Below, piece after piece: positions 46,245 through 56,942 of a stretch of 56,942 nt of DNA (positions are counted from its first letter, which is position 1; each line of letters opens with the position of its first letter). Location of the stretch: contig MU005990.1 in assembly GCA_010093745.1 (NCBI GenBank), positions 124,001 through 180,942 on the forward strand. The letters are read 5' to 3'. The position numbers were made by a program, and so were the translations under genes. This DNA comes from Piedraia hortae CBS 480.64 (taxonomy: Eukaryota). A model generated the notes under the pieces. The model was given only the letters and a program-made list of their open reading frames with translations, had not been told where the DNA came from and did no database searches.

Positions 46245-48950
46245 CACTCACCAGCCTTAATATCTCGTGAACCTCCCGTGGCTGGTCTTGGTTTCACTCC
46301 TTCCCTCGAACTATAAGATCTTGTCAAATCTTGATCAAGCCGGTCATGACAAGCTATTAAACGATGATGTCAGAGGAAAAACATTGCGCAGGGTCACTAC
46401 CTAATGACCCTACCTGATGAGGCCACGAGAAAGAAGCCGGTGGCAAGATTATCGAAGGGATGAATGCGGTGTCTCTTGACTGTTATGTATCTTTCGGAGA
46501 GGTGGAAAAGGACTTCGCAGGAAAGACTTAGGAGTTTGTTGGAAGTTCGATCCTTGTGACGGTATTCTCATTTCGCCAATAAACCAAGTCAATTATCTAC
46601 CAATATCATAAATCTTGATATAAGCGATACCTATACCTTTTAGAATGGAAAATGGCACTTGCGAAACAGGACAGTGTTCGAGATGAAGGTAATCGTCCTG
46701 TCAATAGACGTGAGCGATGCACAACTGTCTTTGGATCTCGCCCGAGCAGTGTCGCCATCACCTGCATTAGGCGACACATCCGTCAACCACAACCCTGTTC
46801 GTTGACTTATATTGCACGTGCTTTTAATTCAGAGCAGCAAATATGCAGCGCCGTCAAGCCCTTTCTGCTGTTTACCTTTCTAGGGGATTATTGATGTCTC
46901 ATGAGTATCCGATCGCAGGGAGGAGGACATTACCTCGGCAGTGTTGAGTTGCCCCGCGATCTACAATTCCGGGGGACGGAGACGTAGGAAAGATACATGA
47001 TCAAGGAGATGACAATCATCCTCGGTAAAGCAAGAATACTCTTGTTGTCCTTCTCACATGGTGGACATTTTGAACAGCCACAAACAAGTGGTAAGCATCT
47101 TATCAGGGGTTGATTCAACCCGACAGTGCACCCAAGCCGATGGGGCGAGGGGGAGGATCAGTGTCACTGTTCCACGAGCTGAATGGTTAAACAAAGAAAA
47201 ACTTTGAACACAAAGCCATTTTCAGATCGGAGTAAAGTTTGGATAAAGTTGTTTCTATCCTTCCCGGTGACTTACAGACTCGGTCCATGTACTGGTTCGT
47301 ACACGGGACCCCAATGCTCGGTTATGGATCCCTAAGTCCGTGGCGGATCGGACTGCTTGGTCACAAGCATTGATATGCATCGGGTCTGTGTCTAACTGCG
47401 AAGTTCTTGATTTCGCGCCCCGAAATTTTTCCGTAAAGTCTATTATATTTCCTCAACCCATCGACTCCTCATGATTTTCCGCTGCTCTTTCATCTTTGGT
47501 GATATGCTATTCTTAAGAATACTAACAGAGGGCCATTTAAGACGCGTCAATTTGGGCAATATCTGGAAAGCCTGCAGACTGCGAATAACCGAATGTAGAC
47601 AATGCATTTGTATATGAAACCAAAGGTGTGTCGCTTGTCGCTCCTCAACAACACAGGAAGATTCTCAGGTCATCATTTGCTTTAAGTCTTGACAACCGGT
47701 TGTACGACCATGGTATCCCTGCTTGACTTTCTGATAAGCTTATCACACCGCATAGCGGATATGCAAGTGACGCTCAGCGTGAACCGTCATCGACTTGCAT
47801 TGATGACGGCTCGGGCTGTTGGGCCACTTCCCTGGAACGTGTTCCCGTGGTTGCTCTCTTCATGAACACCACCCTCGATCTAAACGTATAAGCATGCCTT
47901 TGCCATTTCCCAAATTCCAATCCACAGGTACAGCGATGTTCACCAATTATCCCGTCAAATACTCACTGAAAGACACAGGCCATACAGGCCCAATGGCGGC
48001 GCCAGTCGTCGCCTCTCTCGCGAATCCGTCCATGGCCAGCCGAGTCATTCAGCCGGCAAATGGCAATGCAAGTCATCATCACGGCTGGACCCCGCGGAGC
48101 TGCGAATGGTCATCGTCGTATCCTGGCCCATCAAACCAACAATCGATTCCATATATGCATCCAAATGGAAACCGTCCTGGGTTTCATCTATCCCAGATGC
48201 GGGTCGAGAACCCACGGCGCAGAGAGCAAAACCGCAAGAACGCCAGGAAGTATCGCGAACGAGATGAATCTCTTTCTCTTGAGGGTATCAGGTTGAAAGA
48301 GCAGGGTCTTCCTTACCTCCCAGAGGACTTGGCGCATCGATACAGGAGCTATATAAAGCGCGTTAAAGAGAAGCATGCCAAAACTTTACGTCTTCGCAAA
48401 GCCCGGTCTGGCAACTCAGACACGACTACTCTAAATTTCTCCCCTGAAACTGCCTCGTATCATGTTGGAATATTATCGAACGCCTCTTGGACGCACACGA
48501 CGCCTTCGCTACATGGACCCGAACAAGACAGTACCATTGATAGCGACCCACATAGTCAGAACGTGGCACATGAGGATAACATGCCCCATGCCACCTCAGC
48601 TCTGACCCCTTTTGATCAGACATGGAGTTCTGAGATGCTCTTCCAAGGTTGCCAATTTCAAACGGATCTCGATGCGACCGGCACCCAGTTTTCCAGCACC
48701 ACCTGTATTCCACAAATAATTCCTGGTAACTCTCAAATGAATCAGTCGCTGGTTTCAATTGCGTCGGCTAGTTTCTCCGGGGACGGGAGGGGACATTATG
48801 ATCTGGATGAGACGCTCGCAGCAATGAGAATGGATTCAGACGAACAAAACGTTGGTAATGATTGGAACTAATGAGAATGAGATGTCCTGAATGAATGTAA
48901 ATGGAGAATGAGATACCCAGAATGGCATTATGGTTATTGACCAGGTATGT
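46245..48950. repeat. Tandem segmental duplication, unit A
   Basis: Colinear anchors with 49190-51820: TCGAACTATAAGATCTTG, TTACCTCGGCAGTGT, CCTTCTCACATGGT.GACA, GACAATGCATTTGTA, AATGGTCATCGTCGTATCCTGGCC, GAGATACCCAG.ATGGCAT. Confidence 0.85.
47993..48871 (+). CDS. bZIP-like basic-region protein, copy 2 (may start at 47894 with a 51-nt intron 47928-47978)
   Basis: RRREQNRKNARKYRER fits N-x7-R. The N-terminus aligns with copy 3 (WSSSYPG.SNQ). Confidence 0.7.
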   Translation: MAAPVVASLANPSMASRVIQPANGNASHHHGWTPRSCEWSSSYPGPSNQQSIPYMHPNGNRPGFHLSQMRVENPRRREQNRKNARKYRERDESLSLEGIRLKEQGLPYLPEDLAHRYRSYIKRVKEKHAKTLRLRKARSGNSDTTTLNFSPETASYHVGILSNASWTHTTPSLHGPEQDSTIDSDPHSQNVAHEDNMPHATSALTPFDQTWSSEMLFQGCQFQTDLDATGTQFSSTTCIPQIIPGNSQMNQSLVSIASASFSGDGRGHYDLDETLAAMRMDSDEQNVGNDWN

Positions 48951-49189
48951 ATATACAAACTCTGTCCACATCTCTTCTCTTCGGATCATTCCATCTACTT
49001 TGCCTGTCCCGACTAAAAAAATAGGACAAAGACTTTATGAATCTTTTGTCGCATACCCAAGCTGGGCGATCATGCAATGAGCCTTGAAGAATGATCCAAG
49101 GTTAGATCTGTTCAATTCCATGCTCGGGAGGGTGCTGCGCCACAGAAACGCCATCCACATTGGATGAAAGGCTGAAAACCGATTGAACG

Positions 49190-51820
49190 AAACTCACTAA
49201 CCTGATAACCTCATGAACCTCACGTGGTCTCGATATCACTAGCCCAATCGAACTATAAGATCTTGGCAAGATTGACCGAGTCAGACAGGAGAAACTTTGG
49301 ATATGATGGTTTTGAATGGGAAACACTACCCAAATGGTCACTATCCGACCACTTCACAAACAGAAAGCTGATGATGCCATCATCGAAGGGGTGGATACGA
49401 TGTCCCTTTCCAGTCATGCATCTCTCATCGCGCTGAAAAGAGGCTTAACTGGAGGAAACACTCATGAGGTCTGTGGAAGTCTAATCGCTATGATAGTTTT
49501 CTCATTTTGCCAATAAGCGGCATCAATCATCTGCCGATATTCTGAATCTTGGTAGAAGCGAAAAATATATCGTTTCCAACGGGAAGCAGCACTTGTGAAA
49601 AAAAAAAAGATGTTCGATAAGACGCTCATCTTCCTGTCAACGCACTTTAGTGATGCACGTTGTCTTTGCATGTTGCCCGAGCGGTGTCTCCATCCCCTAC
49701 ATTAGTTGATGCATCCGTCAACTCAAGACCTTGCCAGCAAGGATCCTCAATGCAAGTGGAAAGGACGGTCAGATTCGGTGTTAGATTAGAGTGCTGCATG
49801 AACCAAGGTGGTGATCGAGTTTTAATTACATATAATCTCATATAGTAGATTGTAATTTATGAGCGCTTGGTCGAGAACAGCGGGTTTATGGTTGTATCGA
49901 GCCCTTTCTGCCGTTTATTTTTTAAGCGACTACCGACGCTCATGAGTATTTAAATGCAGCGAGGTTGAAATTACCTCGGCAGTGTGGGAATGCATGATGA
50001 AGGTAATAACGGTTAGCCTGGGTAAAGCAAATAGTGCCTTGCTGCCCTTCTCACATGGTTGACACCTCGAAAGGATATAACCAAGTGAAAAGCATCTCAC
50101 CCATGGTTGATCTTAGCTAACAGTCAGGCCAATGGAGCGCAGAGAGGATCAACCTCACCGATCCTTCGATGGACTTGATTGTGAAAAGGGAGAAACTTTC
50201 AAATCCCAGTGGGATCTGGGTAGTGTTGTGTCAAATGCTCCCAGTGGCTTGCAGACCTGGTTGGTACACTGTTTCAATCGGTCCGGTCCGCGGAACCCTA
50301 TGCCCGACAATCCTTGTCTCCAAATCCGTGGCGTATTCGACAGCTTCATTTTGAATAGGGTTGGACATCGAGTCTGTAGATAGCTTCCTGGTATTGTGAC
50401 ACCGAAGTTTTTCCGCAAGGTCTATTTGATCCCACGAGGATGATCTTAGCCGGGCGTCCCTTCGCTATTGACTCCTCAAAATTTCCCCAGTAATCCGAAA
50501 GGTATCTGCGGAAGACCACTCAACCTGTCCCAGCTCGGGCATATAAGGTTAACCAGGCAATATCTGCAGACTTTGAGTAACTCAATTTGGACAATGCATT
50601 TGTACCTGAACGCAACGATATGTCGGTATCCGCATCTCGACACCACAGGAGGACTCTCTGGTCGGACCGTCTTCCAGTCTAGACAACAGGTTTCACAGAC
50701 ACAGTAGAACTGCCCCTCTTTCTGATATACCAATCACACCGCCTAGTGGTGAACGAACGAAGCCGACTAGGGCCATCTATTTTCGTCTTGCATAAACGAT
50801 CAGCACGGGCAGTCACCGGCGCGAATTGATGACAGCTCGTATGTTCCATGCTTTGGGGGTTTGGTACACGTTTTTTGTATGAGCTCCACCCTCAAATCGG
50901 AGGACTGAACCTGTCTTTGCCCTTCCCTGATCCTCATTCCACTGGTAAATTGATATTATCAACTGACCCGTCAAATACTTACTGAACAACACAGGCTGAA
51001 AAGGCACAGAGATGGAACCATTTCTCGTCCCTCCTGCGGATGTGTCCAGGGCTAGCCCAGGCAATCAGTCGGAAAATGGCGGTGTAAGTCATCACAAAGG
51101 CAGGAAACTGAGGAGCAGCAAATGGTCATCGTCGTATCCTGGCCTATCAAACCAAAAATCGTTTGCACAACTGCCAAAACGTGAAAAGCGTAAAGAGAAG
51201 AATCGCGAACTCCAGAAAAAGAACCGCGATGAGACTAAAGCTCTCATTCATGATATGTCCGTTATATTGGGCATGTGTTTGCCATATACCCCAAATTTGT
51301 TGAGGAACGTGATCCGGCACGCTCGGCAGCGTGCCGAAGCGAAGCACAACAGAGCACGTAAGTCACCACCTGTCAGTTCATACGCACACATACGGGATAA
51401 GCTGGATGAAAACAAACGGGCTGAGAAAGAGACTGCTTCGCCTAAACAGTTGCCATTGTCGAACAACATGCCACCGCAAGGGATGGATTCGCTATATGGG
51501 CTCAAAGATGACAGTGCCCTTGGCAGCGACTTTGATATTCAAACCATCGGACATGAGAACTATTACCCCAATGCGAACCCAGCTTTAATTCCTGATGATC
51601 CGGGGTGCCTTCAGATGGACTTTTGCGCGGCCATCGACCAATTTCACGACAAGTCTCAGCATATTCAGCTGCCGGTTACAAAAGCGTCAGTTTTGCGTAG
51701 TTCTGATCGCAAAGGGATCCCTGGACCGAGTGAGCGTGAAGTTGATCTGTATGAAATGTCCTGAATATGATCGGATAGTGAGATACCCAGCATGGCATCT
51801 TGGATAGTCACCGGGTTTGT
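49190..51820. repeat. Tandem segmental duplication, unit B
   Basis: Same anchors as unit A, offset by about 2.9-3.0 kb. Confidence 0.85.
51012..51764 (+). CDS. bZIP-like basic-region protein, copy 3
   Basis: KRKEKNRELQKKNRDE fits N-x7-R. LPY.P and DS....D...Q...HE are shared with copy 2. Upstream intron 50945-50994 is homologous to that of copy 2. Confidence 0.7.
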   Translation: MEPFLVPPADVSRASPGNQSENGGVSHHKGRKLRSSKWSSSYPGLSNQKSFAQLPKREKRKEKNRELQKKNRDETKALIHDMSVILGMCLPYTPNLLRNVIRHARQRAEAKHNRARKSPPVSSYAHIRDKLDENKRAEKETASPKQLPLSNNMPPQGMDSLYGLKDDSALGSDFDIQTIGHENYYPNANPALIPDDPGCLQMDFCAAIDQFHDKSQHIQLPVTKASVLRSSDRKGIPGPSEREVDLYEMS

Positions 51821-52268
51821 AGTTAATCATGTACTTCCGCGTTCGTTCAAACTGCCCTCTGTTGCACTTTTTGCAGTGTACAAACTCAACTGAGCAAAGC
51901 TTACCACCCTTGAGATGAAACTCTCCTTTTGCAGTAGTATGGAGGTGCCAGTGAGCCAAATCCGGGCCGTGTCACTTACTGTATTTGGCGGGCAGTTTGG
52001 TGTCAAATACAAGGGAGAAAGCAAAAAGAATACGGTAAAAGCTTCAAGAACTAAGGTGCAAAAATAGGACAACCACTAACAATATTATAAGAATCTTCGG
52101 GCGGTCGTGGCACCGCTATATTGCGAAAAAAGCTGGAGCAGTGGGCTGAGAGATGCAAGAAGGTGTAATAGTTCCAGAACGGTGATATTGAGGTGAGGCA
52201 GATTTGCGGGGCCTCCCCCCAAAACAGAAAACTCACCCGACAATTTTGGACAAGTACTGTAACCCGTC

Positions 52269-53288
52269 CTATGATGGAAGCTCCCCCGTCGAACGCAGCA
52301 CCCTATCGAGTCTGGCTGCAGCTCTGCCCACTTCGCCGCCCTCCCTCATGGCGCTGCCCACACTTAGTTGGAGGATACTTCCCAATTTTAGATCCTTGAA
52401 CACCGAAATTCGATCATCGACGTGGGGGTAGGCTTCATCTTCCGCATGGCGCGGCAAACCCAATAAGTTGAGGTACCCGAACGGGTTTGACTTGGTTGGC
52501 AACAAGTAGGCATCGGCGTTGGCGAGCGGAAATATCTCCCTCGCCCGCCGCTGCTCGGCGTCCTCATCCACAGGCTTCGGCGTCATTCCGATTGTCAACA
52601 AGGCCGCGAGAGTGTTCAACTGGCGGACGAACAGCTTTGAGCTGCCCACCGTGCCTGTTGGTCTTCCTACAGACGTCCATTTCTCTCCCCCTCCCGCCTT
52701 CGCCGGCGTTTGCCAGCCCATGACGGTCGCGAGGGACTGTATTGTCTTGATCCAGCCGCCGGCACACTCCATCACGGCATCGCCATATCGCTCCAGCAGC
52801 CAATCCAATACATCCAGCGCAGAAAGGCGAATGTCTGTCGATAAATGCGATGTGCCTGCGCGCGCGTAGAGCAGAAGCTTATCAACGGAGCCAAAATCTC
52901 TGGTGTCGGTCAAGGTCCTAAGGAATTTCAAAGCTGCCTGTCTCACCGCTGAGTTTGCGTCCAAGATGAGTGGCTGCACCTTTTGCACAATGGAACTAGT
53001 CGGTTGCGGCAGACCATTATTCCCCGCTGCCACCACCGCTGCCGTCAGATGCTGCAGCGCATCACGGCGTTGCACCTCATTTCTACTGCCAAGAAGACTA
53101 AGGTTGTGGTTAAACAGCGCCGTTGCATCGCGCGTCTGGGCCACCGATTGCTGCTTCAGCACAATCGACTTTGCCGTGAACGACGTGTCGGTTGCATTTG
53201 TGTTCTTCGGTCTCGCTTTGCCTACTTTAAGCTTTGGCTTGGCGAAATCGGCTTTCTTTTCCTTGCGGCGCTTGGCGGATGCTCCCAT
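52269..53288 (-). CDS. IPI1: Pre-rRNA-processing protein Ipi1 (Rix1 complex)
   Basis: MGASAKRRKEKKADFAKPKLKVGKARPKNTNATDTSFTAKSIVL.QQS, PLILD....VR, AG.SHL..DIR, NPFGYLNL.G. Confidence 0.93.
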   Translation of the reverse strand: MGASAKRRKEKKADFAKPKLKVGKARPKNTNATDTSFTAKSIVLKQQSVAQTRDATALFNHNLSLLGSRNEVQRRDALQHLTAAVVAAGNNGLPQPTSSIVQKVQPLILDANSAVRQAALKFLRTLTDTRDFGSVDKLLLYARAGTSHLSTDIRLSALDVLDWLLERYGDAVMECAGGWIKTIQSLATVMGWQTPAKAGGGEKWTSVGRPTGTVGSSKLFVRQLNTLAALLTIGMTPKPVDEDAEQRRAREIFPLANADAYLLPTKSNPFGYLNLLGLPRHAEDEAYPHVDDRISVFKDLKLGSILQLSVGSAMREGGEVGRAAARLDRVLRSTGELPS

Positions 53289-54375
53289 TACGATGGAAAC
53301 GTGAGGTCAATGCGGAGTTCGTCCGATTGGATTCTAACCCCCAACGGACGGGCCGGTCCGTCACAGCTCTGCTTATGATTGGCTGCCCACGGAAAACAAT
53401 GCGATGACGTGATATGAAGAGCCCAAATTGCTCTATTCTGCAGGGTTCTGCCAATTAGCATTCGCTTTTTACATCTGCATATATCATTTCGTTATTATTG
53501 TTTATACGCCAGTAAAGTTGTAGAGCTTGGCCACCAAATGCAAGCAGCCTATCTATCGATACTAATGACTACGATATTAACTTGCCTGCCTGTTGGAAGT
53601 CAGGGCCTACATCATGCGGAAGGGCCCGGTCCGTCCACGGCCCGAGTCTAGTGGCCCCACTCTACGGCACATACTCAGGCGGCACTGACTTTTCTCTTCT
53701 CTTCTTCATGCGTTGTTCTCTGTCTACATAAGGTCTACGCAGTCCTCTCGTCCATAGCCCATTGCTTTGAGCCTCTCATCCGTGTCTCTATCGATCCCTC
53801 GACGCCGGTCCCCTCGTCCTTAGCCTCGTGTCGTGACACTGCCTCATGTACCGAGACTTTCTCGATGCTATGGAATGCGCGCAAAAGAAATCGAGCAAAG
53901 AGGCGGGAGTCGAGAGACGGAGCGAAGAAGATGGTCATGTTGATCTTCGACTTCCCTGCCGCGGCCTGCTTGCTGTTCATAGCGCATCTCCAGTCAACCG
54001 CCACTTCCACGTATCCATGAGCTAAGCAGCAAGTCGATAGCTCTTGGTCGGCCGAAGTTTTGGAGTAAGGAGCTGGAGGCCGTGGCAGGGGCCTATGATA
54101 CTGCCTTGCGCTACGATCGTTGCTGTGGCTATCGACATTTCTCGTTACTTCACAGGTGTCCCATCCGTAGCGCCGTTGATCCTTTGCACCAATCCCTTGT
54201 GTCATGCCACTCAAAAAAGTCGCCTTAATGATGTTCTCCTTGCTACAACCAAATAGGCCAAAACTTCCGTATGTGCCTTCTCCCCTCTTCATCCATTATT
54301 CTCAGTCGACAGGTTTGGTATCAATCCCCCAATATAACATTAGCCAATCCCTCCAACGATAATAAATGGACTCCT

Positions 54376-55662
54376 TCAAGTTCGTAGGTACTTCCCCTCT
54401 ATGGTATGCTCATTGTCCAGAAAGATACGCACTTTGCCCAGATATTCGCTGCAGCCATAAACATATCCTCCCGCGTAAAAATGCACGGCGACGAATTCAG
54501 CGCCTGGACGATTATACGTTTTGCGACAGGGCACGATTGGCCGCCCCCTTTACCCGTTAGCCAGTTATTCACTACGAAGAAGAAAAAGATCACAAAGAAA
54601 ACATACTCAATAGCAGCGATGGAGATGGCGGGTTTCTTGGTCGAGCGTCAGTAGAGCGATGGCAGGATCCATCATGATGGGAACACTCACTTTTTGCTTC
54701 ATAATGCGCACCACATCCAGAACCCTTCTGCGCCACGTTTCGTCCAAACATTCCAGAGAAAATCCGGTGAACTGTACACCCTGAACGCTTGACGGGTGGA
54801 CGGGTTGCGGGTGAAGTGGTGGACATGGTGGACATGGTCGACGTGGTCGACGTGGTCGACATGGTCGACGTGGTCGACATGGTCGACATGGTCGACGTGC
54901 TTGGCCTGGTGGCCCTGGTGGCCCTGGTGGACCTGGTGGACCTGGTGGACCCGCTGGACCTGGTGGACCTGTTTGACATGGTGGACATGGTGGACATGGT
55001 TGACATGGTTGACCTGATGGACCTGGTGGACCTGGTGGACCCGCTGGACCTGGTGGACCCGCTGGACCCGCTGGGCCTGCTGGACATGGTTGACATGCTT
55101 GAACTGGTTGACATGCTTGACCTGGTGGACCCGCTGGACCCGGTGGACCTGGTGGACCTGGTGGACCCGCTGGGCCTGCTGGGCCTGCTGGACATGGTTG
55201 ACATGCTTGACATGCTTGACCTGGTGGACCCGCTGGACCTGGTGGACCTGGTGGACCTGGTGGACCTGGTGGACCTGTTGGACATGGTGGACATGGTGGA
55301 CATGGTTGACATGGTTGACATGGTTGACCTGATGGACCTGGTGGACCTGGTGGACCCGCTGGACCTGGTGGACCTGGTGGACCTGGTGGACCCGCTGGAC
55401 CTGCTGGGCCTGCTGGACATGGTTGACATGCTTGAACTGGTTGACATGCTTGACCTGGTGGACCCGCTGGACCCGCTGGACCTGGTGGACCTGGTGGACC
55501 CGCTGGGCCTGCTGGGCCTGCTGGACATGGTTGACATGGTTTTTCATTGACTGGCAGAGCCCCTGGAGGTCTTTGATTGGGGTATGCGAGGCCATGGAAT
55601 AATGCCAAACACATGATGACAGCGAACTGTGCCAGCAGCAAGATCAATACTGAATGATCCAT
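54376..55662 (-). CDS. Cys-rich collagen-like protein with N-terminal signal/TM segment; probable exons 55662-54691, 54635-54607, 54547-54376
   Basis: Hydrophobic N-terminus, then six G-X-Y blocks (GPP/GPA) separated by CQPCPPC spacers. Introns 54690-54636 (GTGAGT..CTGAC..AAG) and 54606-54548 (GTATGT..GCTAAC..AAG) give an open C-terminal domain. Confidence 0.75.
54817..55540. repeat. Coding 9-bp minisatellite with a higher-order duplication
   Basis: Plus-strand units TGGTGGACC / TGGTGGACA / TGGTTGACA / TGGTCGACG / GCTGGACCC. Confidence 0.95.
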
Positions 55663-55737
55663 TGGAAAAGATGGATATGGGAGGGAGCATCAGATCTATT
55701 ATACTGCGCTCGTAGGCGCTCAGCAACGTATGAAGAC

Positions 55738-55829
55738 TCATCAGGCGTGAGGCATAACAGTCATCAGGCATGAGGCATAACAGTCATCAGGCGTGAGGCA
55801 CAACAGTCATCAGGCTTGATGCGCAATAG
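55738..55829. repeat. 23-bp tandem repeat, 3 full copies plus 1 degenerate, upstream of the collagen-like gene
   Basis: TCATCAGGCRTGAGGCAYAACAG at 55738, 55761 and 55784, degenerate at 55807. Confidence 0.9.
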
Positions 55830-56657
55830 ATATGAACATGTTATTCTATAACTCAACACCAAAAGTAGCAGGGCTCATTCGACACATCGCGTGCGAAATG
55901 ACTCTGAGGAAGTAAATGATGGAGGAATCCTTCAGATGAGTACAATTGAATACAGACGTGTCTGCAAAGGGACATCAGGGAAGATATACTGCGTCGGTGA
56001 GCCCGTATGTAGCCTCGACTGAGGGGTCATGAGACGTGAAACCAAAGACTTACCAACGTGCCGGGTTGTGACACACCGCCAATAGTGGCAGGGCGCATGA
56101 ATCGCTATCGAAAATAGGAGGGGAGCGTTTGTCACATCGCATGCGACTCTACAAGGACCAAACCTAACACGTAGCGGCTCATATTGAAGGTGCTGCAAGT
56201 GCCCCGCATACGCACTCTCGGCAATGCTTGACTCCAACAAGAGAGACGCCCTGTTAAAGTGGTGAATGACCATGCAGGTTCTGCTTTCTATGCTAAATTA
56301 CACTCGTTGTGATCTTGAATCAGCACGGACAAGATTCATACACACTTTCCTGGCGACTGATTTTTCACTTACACACGGTTGTTCAGACACGAGCGTTTTG
56401 AAGAAGACGAGAACATCAGCAAGGCCATGCTAATGAAGCCAGGCGGAGCAATACATGTTCTTAGTAATTTGAGTGAGCAAAGCATCGCATGGTTGCAGTA
56501 TGACTAACCATTCTCGGTTGCCTCGCACCAATCATGGAATGAAGATAAATCGAGTTTAGAAAGGGTTTGGCAATATTTGTAGAGGTTAGTAAAGGTTTGT
56601 GCTTGCGCCTATCAATAAAAAGGGGGACTTCGTGACGTCAAAAGCAGTCAGTACCCG

Positions 56658-56942
56658 TGTTGTGAATATGCGGTATATTACGCGCATTATTAGTAACCGT
56701 CGCTCGGCTCTCGACTTCACGCGTCAACTAGTTTTCCGTAGAGATTTGTATGCAGGTACACATCTGCTCACAATTATAATAGGTTATGAGCCCGGGCTCT
56801 ACCGCTAACAAGCGCTATTCAAATTGAGTCTCGAAGCGAAAGCGGAGCTTCCAGAGACCATGAGCTACGAAAGAAAAAGAGCTGTCATTCTCAAGGCTGG
56901 AACGCCATTCGAGGCATGGAACGCTGACTTGCAGGGCGCTCT
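56658..56942 (+). mobile_element. 5' end of a Ty1/copia LTR retrotransposon: LTR about 56658-56781, PBS 56782-56793, gag start 56860
   Basis: TGTTGTGA...TTATAATA is followed immediately by GGTTATGAGCCC (copia-type half-tRNA-iMet PBS). The ORF MSYERKRAVILKAGTPFEAWNADLQGA runs off the window. Confidence 0.75.

Noticed and set aside
54590..55595. Alternative long ORFs over the minisatellite (STRSTM-, HQVHQV-, VDLVDM- and WWT-rich)
   Set aside because: These are shadow frames of a stop-poor 9-nt repeat. Only the Gly-Pro frame has an ATG-led hydrophobic leader and frame-consistent introns.
55738..55829. CRISPR-like array
   Set aside because: Head-to-tail repeats with no unique spacers, in a eukaryotic genome.

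Overview
Eukaryotic DNA from a filamentous ascomycete (Pezizomycotina). It is gene-dense, with 43-65 nt GT-AG introns and CTAAC/CTGAC branch sites. A conserved core carries ARC19/ARPC4, MRS2/LPE10, TPC1 (with a GC-AG intron), MPS1, TMA22/DENR, SLA1, an FLC/TRP-like channel, PRP4, RPS30, a CREG-like protein and IPI1. Several accessory segments are interleaved with it. (1) At about 1.2-3.7 kb is a compact patchwork of 120-400 bp coding fragments from several unrelated transposon superfamilies: pogo/Tigger DDE, copia RT plus RNase H, a gypsy integrase core with a second integrase piece inserted into it, a Myb/SANT-like gene, and probably Tc1/IS630 and MULE. None has recognisable termini. The patchwork lies between convergent genes and directly downstream of (2), one of two divergently oriented paralogous RRM-like genes that flank ARC19. 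Together these are the best candidate for an undescribed system, a possible TE-fragment archive or silencing locus; this is a hypothesis only. (3) A decayed hAT transposon at about 28.6-30.2 kb. (4) A secreted lysozyme/SLT-like gene followed by a tandem array of about 3 kb units, each ending in a zipper-less bZIP-like gene. (5) A spliced Cys-rich collagen-like gene built from one 9-nt repeat. (6) The 5' end of a Ty1/copia element (LTR, half-tRNA PBS, gag start) at the right edge. All family assignments come from manual motif recognition; no database searches were run.
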